Assembly (NCBI GenBank): GCA_963693055.1
Contig: OY843751.1
Location: 928,001-992,000 of the forward strand
DNA from: a bacterium
GTDB taxonomy: Bacteria > Zhuqueibacterota > Zhuqueibacteria > Residuimicrobiales > Krinioviventaceae
DNA: 64,000 nt
Direction of reading: 5' to 3'
The notes beneath the pieces were generated by a model. It worked only from the letters and a program-made list of their open reading frames with translations, ran no database searches and was not told the DNA's origin. Position 1 is the stretch's first letter, and every line of letters begins with the position of its first letter. Shown one piece after another: positions 42,357-50,928 of the stretch. Made by a program: the position numbers and the translations under genes.

Positions 42357-43133
42357 GTGGATTCTAAAATAGAGAGTATTCAGAAATTTTATGAAACGGA
42401 AAAGGCTCTGGTCACATCACCCTTTATTGAACAATCCGGAAAATTGAACCGTGAACTATTGTCAACAGTTTTTGACAAATTGGGTATCAAAACGGACAAA
42501 AGGGTAATAGCTGATGTTGGCTGCGGTACGGGTTTGTTGGCCAGATATTTTGATGATGCAATGTACTATGTTGGGCTTGATCTTGTTTTTCATCCAACAT
42601 TAAGTGCACTTGCAGATGACACCCATCAGTTTGTTCAGGCAGATGCTCAGATCAATCCTTTGCAGGATGAATCGGTTGATTTTATTGTATGCCTTGATAG
42701 TTTTGAGCACTATCCGCATCAGTTAAAAGCAGCCAAAGAATTCTATCGTGTTCTCAAACCCGAAGGAAGCTTGTTTCTGTCTATACCAACTTATGCTAAT
42801 GTGGCAGGTTTGGTAAAATGGTTTTCTGAAAAATATGGCAGTTATGAGAAAAATACATGGGCTCCTTTTGATTACTGGAAACCCGAAGCATTGGAACATT
42901 TTGTAACCCCAAAGTTGGTTCGTAATGTTTTTCAATCGGCAGGTTTTACAGACTTGAGTATGATAGGATATGACAAAGAAGTCGTGGTAGGCATGTTTCC
43001 ATGGGTTTGGCACCCGAAAATGCCTGGCAAGATTGTTGGCTTGATGCAAAGAGTGTTTAAATTTTTTTCTAAACCCTTGGTCAAGATGATACCACAATCA
43101 AGTTTGCATACATTTTGGAAAATATCTAAATAA
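42357..43133 (+). CDS. Class I SAM-dependent methyltransferase
   Basis: IADVGCGTG, ADAQINPL, SFEHY, YRVLKPEG. Confidence 0.85.
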   Translation: MDSKIESIQKFYETEKALVTSPFIEQSGKLNRELLSTVFDKLGIKTDKRVIADVGCGTGLLARYFDDAMYYVGLDLVFHPTLSALADDTHQFVQADAQINPLQDESVDFIVCLDSFEHYPHQLKAAKEFYRVLKPEGSLFLSIPTYANVAGLVKWFSEKYGSYEKNTWAPFDYWKPEALEHFVTPKLVRNVFQSAGFTDLSMIGYDKEVVVGMFPWVWHPKMPGKIVGLMQRVFKFFSKPLVKMIPQSSLHTFWKISK

Positions 43134-43153
43134 TATACGTTGGAGTATTGATC

Positions 43154-45235
43154 ATGAAAAAACCATATATCCTCATAATAATGGCATTATTTGTACTGGT
43201 TCATGCATACAATATATTGGCGCAATCCTATGATCGTTTAAACCCACCATATCCGCGTACGGCCATGTTTAACATGGTTGATCCAACCAAATCATTGCAG
43301 GATGGTGTGCGTCACGAGATGCTCAAAGATTATGATATGGTGATGATTTATGGAATGACAGATTTTGGTGGACATATAATGGCACCTATTCTGCGAGCAC
43401 AAAATCCTAATCAGATTTTATTTGCTTCCGGTATTAATGGTGTTAATGATCGTGATCCTGTTGGTTACTTTATGGTGAGAAGTTATCGAGGTGTTTTAAA
43501 AGAAGATATTGTACCTAACCAGGAATATATAACTGTATCTACAACTGCGGATATACATGCAGGGCAAGCTACTGCAGAATATTGCTATGTTTTTATTGGT
43601 GACGATTTGATCAAAGTCAGAAGTGTGGAAAATGATACAACTTTGCGATTGGTAGTTGACAATGAAGAGCGTTTTGTGATTAGTACCAATCACTTTGCAA
43701 ATGATACACTTTTTAGCCCGCTTCGTTCACCAGGTCCTGGTATTTATCCCGATTTTGGACAATACGCGAAAACTGTGGATGGTATTTATGCATGGGATTA
43801 TATTGCTGAAGAAAATTATTATCGTGAAGTAGATTGGGCATCCGGTTTGTATGATGGAATGTACCATGATTTTTTCACCTATACTTTGCATATTGACGGA
43901 TGGCAATTTGATATTGATAGAAACGGTGTTCCTGATGAAGATGAACACTCTAGTGACTGGTATAATGAACAGTGGCGCTATGGTGCCAGAAAATTTGTCG
44001 AACGTGAAAATCAGATAATGGCCGAACTTACCCCAACAATGCCAAACCTTTTGGCATTAAATGCAGGTGGTGTATTGTTTGATCTTTATGATGTCATTAA
44101 TGGGCACCAGTTTGAGGGTTTTCAACGATTTGTAGCATGGGACTGGTTTAAGGATGATGGTATTGCCTGGATGAATAATGGTAAACAACCCTTGATGATG
44201 TCTATCTTTGATTATTTCCCTGAAAAGCATTTTTACAATGGTAAAAACCGTTTTAATAAAGTTCGTTTTGGTTTGACTGCTTCTATGATGTTCGATATGT
44301 ATTATGGCTATACCGGTGGTGATACCTACTGGTTGTTCTATTGGTACGACGAGTTTGAAACCAATATGGGATACCCAACCGGTCCTTACTCTGAACTTTC
44401 TAATGGATTACTGGTCCGTTATTTTGACAATGGTGTTGCTATTTGTAATCCTACCGGTGCAGATCAAACGTTAACTTCCGCTATGCTTACCGGTGGTCCC
44501 TATTATCGTTTAAAAGGTGGACAAGATCCGGTTATGAATAATGGAGAATTGTTTACCGAAGTATCTTTATATGGTTATGATTATGGTATACAAAATTTGC
44601 GTGGTGATGGTATTTTGCTTTTTAAAGAACCTACCACAGCTATTTGTGATATCATTGTAGATAATTTCTTTTTAAACAGTACTTCTCCCGGTTCTGATCC
44701 TGTTGAATTGACCGGTTCATGGACTAAAGCTGTATCTGCCGGGCATGCTGACTTTACTCAAAACAATCCCTATTGGGGAGTAGATGGTACTCGCCGGGTT
44801 CTGGATTTAAGCAGCTATAATTATTACTATGATGAGGGTTACGGATATCACTATTGTTCGGCGGGAAGTGGAGAAAATACAGCTACCTGGAAACCCACAA
44901 TCGGTGTTGAAGGTTGGTATGAAGTTTCAGAATGGCACGGATGGCATGGAGATGCTGCAAACAGTTACCAGGAAGCGACTAATGTTCCGTTCGAAATGGG
45001 TGTTGATACTGAAGTCCGTTTGCGCGGTACAATAGATCAGCAGAGCAATATAGGGCAATGGAACCGCTTGGGTTATCTGTATTTGCCTGCTGGAAAACTG
45101 GGATATGTAAAGATCACAAACGAAGCGAATGGATATGTTATTGTTGACGCCATGAAGTTTACCTATATGGGAGATTCATCCTTTACCCCGGATTCAACTC
45201 CACCCGCTAAACCTACGAATGTTCAAGTATATTAA
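43154..45235 (+). CDS. Secreted putative glycoside hydrolase (GHL15-like) with a C-terminal golvesin/xanthan-lyase-type carbohydrate-binding module
   Basis: Signal peptide MKKPYILII...ILA, YDGMYHD, WYDEFETNMGYPTG, VRYFDNGVAICNPTG; C-domain ATWKP..EGWYEV..ATNVPF..DQQSNIGQWNRLG..VIVDAMKF. Confidence 0.65.
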   Translation: MKKPYILIIMALFVLVHAYNILAQSYDRLNPPYPRTAMFNMVDPTKSLQDGVRHEMLKDYDMVMIYGMTDFGGHIMAPILRAQNPNQILFASGINGVNDRDPVGYFMVRSYRGVLKEDIVPNQEYITVSTTADIHAGQATAEYCYVFIGDDLIKVRSVENDTTLRLVVDNEERFVISTNHFANDTLFSPLRSPGPGIYPDFGQYAKTVDGIYAWDYIAEENYYREVDWASGLYDGMYHDFFTYTLHIDGWQFDIDRNGVPDEDEHSSDWYNEQWRYGARKFVERENQIMAELTPTMPNLLALNAGGVLFDLYDVINGHQFEGFQRFVAWDWFKDDGIAWMNNGKQPLMMSIFDYFPEKHFYNGKNRFNKVRFGLTASMMFDMYYGYTGGDTYWLFYWYDEFETNMGYPTGPYSELSNGLLVRYFDNGVAICNPTGADQTLTSAMLTGGPYYRLKGGQDPVMNNGELFTEVSLYGYDYGIQNLRGDGILLFKEPTTAICDIIVDNFFLNSTSPGSDPVELTGSWTKAVSAGHADFTQNNPYWGVDGTRRVLDLSSYNYYYDEGYGYHYCSAGSGENTATWKPTIGVEGWYEVSEWHGWHGDAANSYQEATNVPFEMGVDTEVRLRGTIDQQSNIGQWNRLGYLYLPAGKLGYVKITNEANGYVIVDAMKFTYMGDSSFTPDSTPPAKPTNVQVY

Positions 45236-45255
45236 GATTGAATATATATATTTCA

Positions 45256-45290
45256 AGGCCCTGTTGTTACATCAGCAGGGCTTTTTTTTT
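45256..45290 (+). terminator. Intrinsic terminator
   Basis: GCCCTGTTG-6nt-CAGCAGGGC followed by T9. Confidence 0.85.
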
Positions 45291-45485
45291 ATTATCTAAA
45301 ATACTTGTAATTAATAGAAAAAAAGATTAATTTAAGTGTCTATCTAAAGGCTTTAAGAGATATCTTAAAGTGTTACTTTAGGACGTGTCAGGTATAGGTG
45401 TTATAAAATAAAAAATTTTTCGGCAATATTGAAAACAAACCCTATTGTCAATATATTGTAATAGGTTGTTTGAAGGTTTGTCAGG

Positions 45486-46679
45486 ATGAAGACTTTGTAT
45501 ATCGTCTATTTTAATTACATGCAGGATTTGTACGGAAGCTCTATCGGTTCGACGATAAAAGCAGAACGGCTGTTTGAGAACCTGCAACAAATGGGGCATA
45601 CAGTCTCTGCCTATTGGCGTTATGCAGATGAAGAACTTGACCCGCATGTGCAACCAAGACGGGTGCAAAAAAATAGTATAAAACCTTTTTTACGGAAACT
45701 GTTTTTTACGCCCAAAGAGATTTTGAAAAATCTGGTCGAGCTTTTTCGAGAATGGAAGTTCCTTCATAAGCATCATCCTGATGTGGTCATTATAAGGTGC
45801 GACGCATATCGATATTCTGCTGCGTTGCTCTGCAAGCTGCTGAATATGCCACTCATTGTAGAAGCTGATGGCGCCAATTCTTATGAATGGCTGACTTTTA
45901 ACAATAAAGATGGTAATATCTGGAGGAGCTGGCTTTTGGGTATTGAAAAATATAATTTTAAAATTGCCAAACATATATTTGTTCAATCCAATATCGCCAA
46001 AGATTATTATGCGTCGGTTTTTCCGGATCAGCAGGATAAGATCTCTGTTATTACAAATGGTGCAGATCTTCGGTCTGTTGACAATGTTGGCATGAAGCAA
46101 AAACTTGAAATCCCTATAGATGCGGTTGTATGCGGATTTGTGGGGTCGATGCACTATTGGCACAACACTGGATTGCTGTTTGGTTTGTTAAACACGCTTA
46201 TGCCCAAACATACCAAACTTTATTTTGTAATGGTTGGCGGTGGCGGACCTATGGCGGATGCATTTAAGCAACAATGTGCTGGCTATGATTGGAGTAATAG
46301 AATTATTTTTACGGGCAAAGTTCCGTACGAGACAACACATGAATATATGAATATTATGGATATAACACTTGCGCCTTATGCAAAAAGTGATATGTTTTAT
46401 TATTCACCCGTCAAAGTGTTTGAATATATGGCACAGGGTAGAGCTGTAGTAACTACAGCAGTAGGACAAATAGAGGAACTGGTTCAGGATGGTGTGAATG
46501 GTCTTTTTTTTGATCCTGATTTGGAAAATGATCTGTCTGATAAAGTGGATCAATTATTGTCCGAACCTGAATTGCGTAAAACTTTGGGTGATAATGCCAG
46601 AGCGTGTATTGCGCGTGAACATACATGGAAACATAAAGCAGAACAGCTTCAGCAGTTATGTTTGGATGCTGTAAATTAA
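45486..46679 (+). CDS. Glycosyltransferase family 4
   Basis: GFVGSMHYWH, SPVKVFEYMAQGRAVV. Confidence 0.88.
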   Translation: MKTLYIVYFNYMQDLYGSSIGSTIKAERLFENLQQMGHTVSAYWRYADEELDPHVQPRRVQKNSIKPFLRKLFFTPKEILKNLVELFREWKFLHKHHPDVVIIRCDAYRYSAALLCKLLNMPLIVEADGANSYEWLTFNNKDGNIWRSWLLGIEKYNFKIAKHIFVQSNIAKDYYASVFPDQQDKISVITNGADLRSVDNVGMKQKLEIPIDAVVCGFVGSMHYWHNTGLLFGLLNTLMPKHTKLYFVMVGGGGPMADAFKQQCAGYDWSNRIIFTGKVPYETTHEYMNIMDITLAPYAKSDMFYYSPVKVFEYMAQGRAVVTTAVGQIEELVQDGVNGLFFDPDLENDLSDKVDQLLSEPELRKTLGDNARACIAREHTWKHKAEQLQQLCLDAVN

Positions 46680-46683
46680 GACT

Positions 46684-48291
46684 ATGAAAACTGATTATTT
46701 TAAAATTGCTATTGTATTGGGAACCTTGCTTGTACTTTACCTGCATTTATGGGGTATTGACAAACTTGTTCTGGGCAGTGATGAATTGCACCCAGCAAGG
46801 GCGTTAATCAGTGATGACTGGAGTCTGACGGTGCATCCATGGCCTGCAGATGCTGTTCGAGAGTATTATGACAACTGGCCCATACAGTTTCCTCCATTGT
46901 TTGGATTAATGGTACGTGCTGCTGTTGTATTGTTGGGTGTAACCCATGTGGCTTTGCGTATTGTACCTGCTATTTTTTCATTGTTAGCAATTGGTGCTAT
47001 TTTTTTACTATTTAAGCAGTTTCTAAAAAATGGCTATGTATTTGGATTCACACTTTTGCTTGCAATGCTATCTGACAAGATGCTCATCTATGCCAAATCC
47101 CTCAAACATTATACATTGGATATCTTTTTTGCCACATTGATTCTTGCATTTGGCAAGATGTTGGGTGATCGGTTTGAAGATAAAACATGGATTGGGTTTA
47201 CTATCATTTCCGCTATCAGCATATGGTTTGCTTTTGCATCCATTTATGCTGTAGCCGCAGTGTATTTATTTTTGTTTGTACGGTTTGTCTTTTTAAAACA
47301 GCATCGAAATAGTGGCTTTTGGTACAAGATCATTCTATCCGGTTTGGTGTTTACCGCATCTTTTGCGGGACTGTATGTAACCAGTATTTCCAATGCTGTA
47401 TCTAATCCGGTTTTTCTTAAAGAATGGCTGGTACAGATTTTTCAGTGGGACCGTGCTACCGATTTGGGGTACCTGGTAAAATATTTTGGGCATGTTGGAA
47501 AGCATGTTTTGATTCTTCCTGCATATTTCTTTTTTGATTCTCTGCTGGTTGCATTGATTGGTGATATTTTAATCGCGGTTTGGATTTGGGACCGCTTTAA
47601 ACAGAAGCAATGGGATACTGTGCTATTGCTGGTAACACCGTTGTTGTTGGTTATATTGGCCTCTCTGGCGGGTAAGTACCCGTTTTCGGCAGGGCGATTG
47701 ACTTTGTTTTTAATGCCGGCCTGGTCGGTTATGATACTATTGGGAGCCCAAATTGTCTATAATCGTTTAAAAGATAAACAAATCTGGCTGTCACGAATTG
47801 CAATTGTTGCTGTAACAGCCCTTGTAATATCGGGTATTTGGCTTAATATTAACAATGTATCTAATTTAAATTATTCTGGCGGCAGACATGTTGACCAGTT
47901 GATGTATGCATTGAAAGCAAATGCGCAAGATGGCGACACGGTTTACGTCCATTGGGGCGCTATAATGCCGTTTTATTTTTATTTTACGGACCATCAGCCG
48001 GGTTATCAAAACGAATACCCCATACGTTCAGCGAACGAAAAAATACATGTGATCTGGGGTGAAGAGCATACACTGCATCCTGAAAATAATGAGCCTTTGT
48101 TTGAGCGTATTGAGCAGGTACCCGGTAGATTATGGATTGCCTTTGGCCATTTATGGCCCACCCGGGATATGAAATTGTTAGAATCTCGTTTGAATGAAAA
48201 ACGAACATTATTAGAAGAACAGACTTTTAAAGGCTGTAAATTATTATTGTATGATAAATTACCGTCTGATAAAGCTGAGAATAGAAATTAA
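46684..48291 (+). CDS. GT-C-like membrane glycosyltransferase
   Basis: LGSDE loop after TM1, QFPPLF, LRIVP, YAKSLKHYTLD, YPFSAGRL. Confidence 0.75.
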   Translation: MKTDYFKIAIVLGTLLVLYLHLWGIDKLVLGSDELHPARALISDDWSLTVHPWPADAVREYYDNWPIQFPPLFGLMVRAAVVLLGVTHVALRIVPAIFSLLAIGAIFLLFKQFLKNGYVFGFTLLLAMLSDKMLIYAKSLKHYTLDIFFATLILAFGKMLGDRFEDKTWIGFTIISAISIWFAFASIYAVAAVYLFLFVRFVFLKQHRNSGFWYKIILSGLVFTASFAGLYVTSISNAVSNPVFLKEWLVQIFQWDRATDLGYLVKYFGHVGKHVLILPAYFFFDSLLVALIGDILIAVWIWDRFKQKQWDTVLLLVTPLLLVILASLAGKYPFSAGRLTLFLMPAWSVMILLGAQIVYNRLKDKQIWLSRIAIVAVTALVISGIWLNINNVSNLNYSGGRHVDQLMYALKANAQDGDTVYVHWGAIMPFYFYFTDHQPGYQNEYPIRSANEKIHVIWGEEHTLHPENNEPLFERIEQVPGRLWIAFGHLWPTRDMKLLESRLNEKRTLLEEQTFKGCKLLLYDKLPSDKAENRN

Positions 48292-48297
48292 GGACAG

Positions 48298-49437
48298 ATG
48301 CCGTTTATGAATAGTAAACGAAAAATCAATGTTCTTCAACTTGTTGAAGGTCTGGGAAACGCCGGTGCTGAAAAGAAACTATGGGAACTGGTGCACCGTA
48401 TGGATAAAGACCGTTTTAACACACTGGTTTGTGATCTGGGTGTTGGACCGGTACAGCAGCCTGAACAATTGGAAAAACTGGGCCTAAGACATGTAACCCT
48501 GAAAAGAAGAACCCAGTTTGATTTTTCACTGATCTGGCGTTTGCGTAAACTGATCCGTGAGGAAAAGATTGATGTTATTATGACCACATTATTCTATGCC
48601 GATTTTATGGGAGCACTTGTGGGCAAGTGGGCAGGAGCAAAGGCCGTGTTCTCATGGGAGACCATATCTTCACCTTACTGGCTGGTTCCCAGACGATGGT
48701 ATCCATATCGTGCAGCAATTAAACGTGCCGACATGGTAATATCTGTATCTCAGGCGACTGCTAAATGGCTGATTGAAGACCGGAAAGTTTCAACACGGCA
48801 AGTCATGGTAATTCCTTATGGCGTTGATCTGGACAAATTTAAGCGTGTGCCTGATCCTGAGCTTAAAAAAGAATTGGGTATACCGGAAGATGTACCTATT
48901 GTAGGTATGGTGGCCCGCTTGCAGGAGCAAAAAGGTCATATCTATTTGTTTAAAGCCGCGAAAAAGATTTTAAAAGAGGTACCCAATACCCATTTTGTAT
49001 TGGCAGGTGGCGGCCCGGATGCTGAAAAGCTGCAACAACAGGTTAAGGATATGGGGCTGGATGACCATTTCCATTTTCTGGGGTACCGAACCGATGTATA
49101 CAGAATTTTACGTATTTTTGACGTGTTTACGCTGCCTTCATTATTCGAAGGCTTGCCCAATGTTGTGCTGGAAGCAATGTCCAGCGGATTACCGGTGGTA
49201 GCCACACCGGCAGATGGTACCAAGGAAGCGGTTGTGCCGGGTGAAACGGGTATACTGGTCCCTAAAAAGGAACCGGAACCCCTTGCAGATGCATTATTGG
49301 ATATGTTGAAAAATCCTGATAAAGCCAGATCTTTGGGCGATAGGGGACGTAAAAGAGTAGAAGAAGAATTTTCTTTACAAATGCAGGTCAATCGATTTCA
49401 GGACCTGTATGAAGAATGGACATACAAGAATCAGTGA
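48298..49437 (+). CDS. Glycosyltransferase family 4
   Basis: GAEK, ARLQEQKGH, PSLFEGLPNVVLEAM. Confidence 0.9.
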   Translation: MPFMNSKRKINVLQLVEGLGNAGAEKKLWELVHRMDKDRFNTLVCDLGVGPVQQPEQLEKLGLRHVTLKRRTQFDFSLIWRLRKLIREEKIDVIMTTLFYADFMGALVGKWAGAKAVFSWETISSPYWLVPRRWYPYRAAIKRADMVISVSQATAKWLIEDRKVSTRQVMVIPYGVDLDKFKRVPDPELKKELGIPEDVPIVGMVARLQEQKGHIYLFKAAKKILKEVPNTHFVLAGGGPDAEKLQQQVKDMGLDDHFHFLGYRTDVYRILRIFDVFTLPSLFEGLPNVVLEAMSSGLPVVATPADGTKEAVVPGETGILVPKKEPEPLADALLDMLKNPDKARSLGDRGRKRVEEEFSLQMQVNRFQDLYEEWTYKNQ

Positions 49438-50714
49438 GTAACAGGAGCGGTTTGTTGAAAGTATTAATGATACACAAGTTTCACTATATTGAGGGCGGTG
49501 CGGAACGTTATGTTTTTAATCTGAGCGAGTTGTTGGAGAAAAAGGGGAATACGGTTATCCCTTTTTCAATGCATCATCCTAAAAATATAGAATCTCCTTA
49601 TGCTGATCATTTTGTATCTTATTTTAATCCGGACCAGTTGCGTAACAGTGAATCTTTGATGCAGACATTCAAAGTTGCAGGACGTGTGGTTTATAACAAA
49701 GAAGCACAAAACAAACTGGCAGAATTGATTAAAGAATCAAAACCGGATATTGCACATATACACAGTATATATCATCATATATCTCCATCTATATTTAAAA
49801 CATTAAAAGAATTTAATATACCTGTTATTCTTACTTTGCATGATTTTAAACTGGTTTGTCCCAATATCGTATTTCTGGATGGAAAAGATCGGGTTTGTGA
49901 AAAATGTCAGGGAAAATATTTCTGGAATGCTACATTCAAGAAATGTTTTAGAAAATCTTATGGTGCAAGTCTGCTGGCGACTGTGGAAGCTACCGTACAT
50001 TATCTGTTAAAGTCTTATCGTGGTAATGTAGACATGTTTCATTCACCCAGTGCTTTTCTGGCAGAGAGAATATCAAAATACGGTTATGGGCACAAACCGG
50101 TCAAGGTTTTACCCTATACTCTGGATGTTGAAGCGTTTGAACCCAAACATGATCCCTCTGATTATTTTGTCTATGCCGGCAGAATGTCTGTTGAAAAGGG
50201 TGTTTTGTTTTTGGTAGATGCAATGCGCCAGGTAAAAGGAAAACAACTGTACCTGATTGGTACAGGTCCTTTGGACGAAGAAATTCGTACCCGGATACAG
50301 AAATATGGATTGGATAATGTTAAGCAATTGGGTTACAAATCCGGAAAAGAACTGCAAGAGATTATTTCCGGAGCGGCATTTACGGTAATGCCTTCATTAT
50401 GTCATGACAATTCACCACTGGCAATCTATGAATCCTTGTCTCTTGGCAATGCAATTTTGGGTTCTGACAATGGTGGAATACCGGAATTAATTAATGATGG
50501 AATAGATGGTTATATTTTTAAAGCGGGCGATGTGAATGATTTTGCGGCCAAAGCGGAAAAGTTGATTAATGATCCTCAGGCTGCAATTGACATGGGGAAA
50601 CGGGGTCGGGAAAAAGCCCTGCAAATGTTCTCACCTGATGAACACTATGAACAGATAAAAGCACTATACGAACAAACCATAACGTTAAAAAAGAAAGGTG
50701 CTGCCGGTAAATAA
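49416..50714 (+). CDS. Glycosyltransferase family 4
   Basis: HKFHYIEGGAERY, TLHDFKLVCP, GRMSVEKG, DNSPLAIYES, GGIPEL; exact start uncertain. Confidence 0.88.
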   Translation: MDIQESVSNRSGLLKVLMIHKFHYIEGGAERYVFNLSELLEKKGNTVIPFSMHHPKNIESPYADHFVSYFNPDQLRNSESLMQTFKVAGRVVYNKEAQNKLAELIKESKPDIAHIHSIYHHISPSIFKTLKEFNIPVILTLHDFKLVCPNIVFLDGKDRVCEKCQGKYFWNATFKKCFRKSYGASLLATVEATVHYLLKSYRGNVDMFHSPSAFLAERISKYGYGHKPVKVLPYTLDVEAFEPKHDPSDYFVYAGRMSVEKGVLFLVDAMRQVKGKQLYLIGTGPLDEEIRTRIQKYGLDNVKQLGYKSGKELQEIISGAAFTVMPSLCHDNSPLAIYESLSLGNAILGSDNGGIPELINDGIDGYIFKAGDVNDFAAKAEKLINDPQAAIDMGKRGREKALQMFSPDEHYEQIKALYEQTITLKKKGAAGK

Positions 50715-50758
50715 ATTCCGGGATCATTTTGTAAATATACTGATACACTCTTGTTTTC

Positions 50759-50775
50759 ATGGCACTGTCTTTGCA
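50759..50775 (+). promoter_or_regulatory. Sigma54 -24/-12 promoter, near-perfect consensus
   Basis: TGGCACTGTCTTTGCA matches TGGCAC-N5-TTGCA, upstream of the giant secreted protein gene. Confidence 0.78.
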
Positions 50776-50928
50776 TTTTTTACTGGAGGATTTGTTAAAA
50801 GTGTATATAAAACAAATACTTATGGTTTATTTTAAATTTCAAAATTGTATCAGCATGATTTGATTTGTTGAAACTGTTTTGTTTTGAAACATTAAGTGTT
50901 GATAAATTGATCTGGAGGTAATACTACC

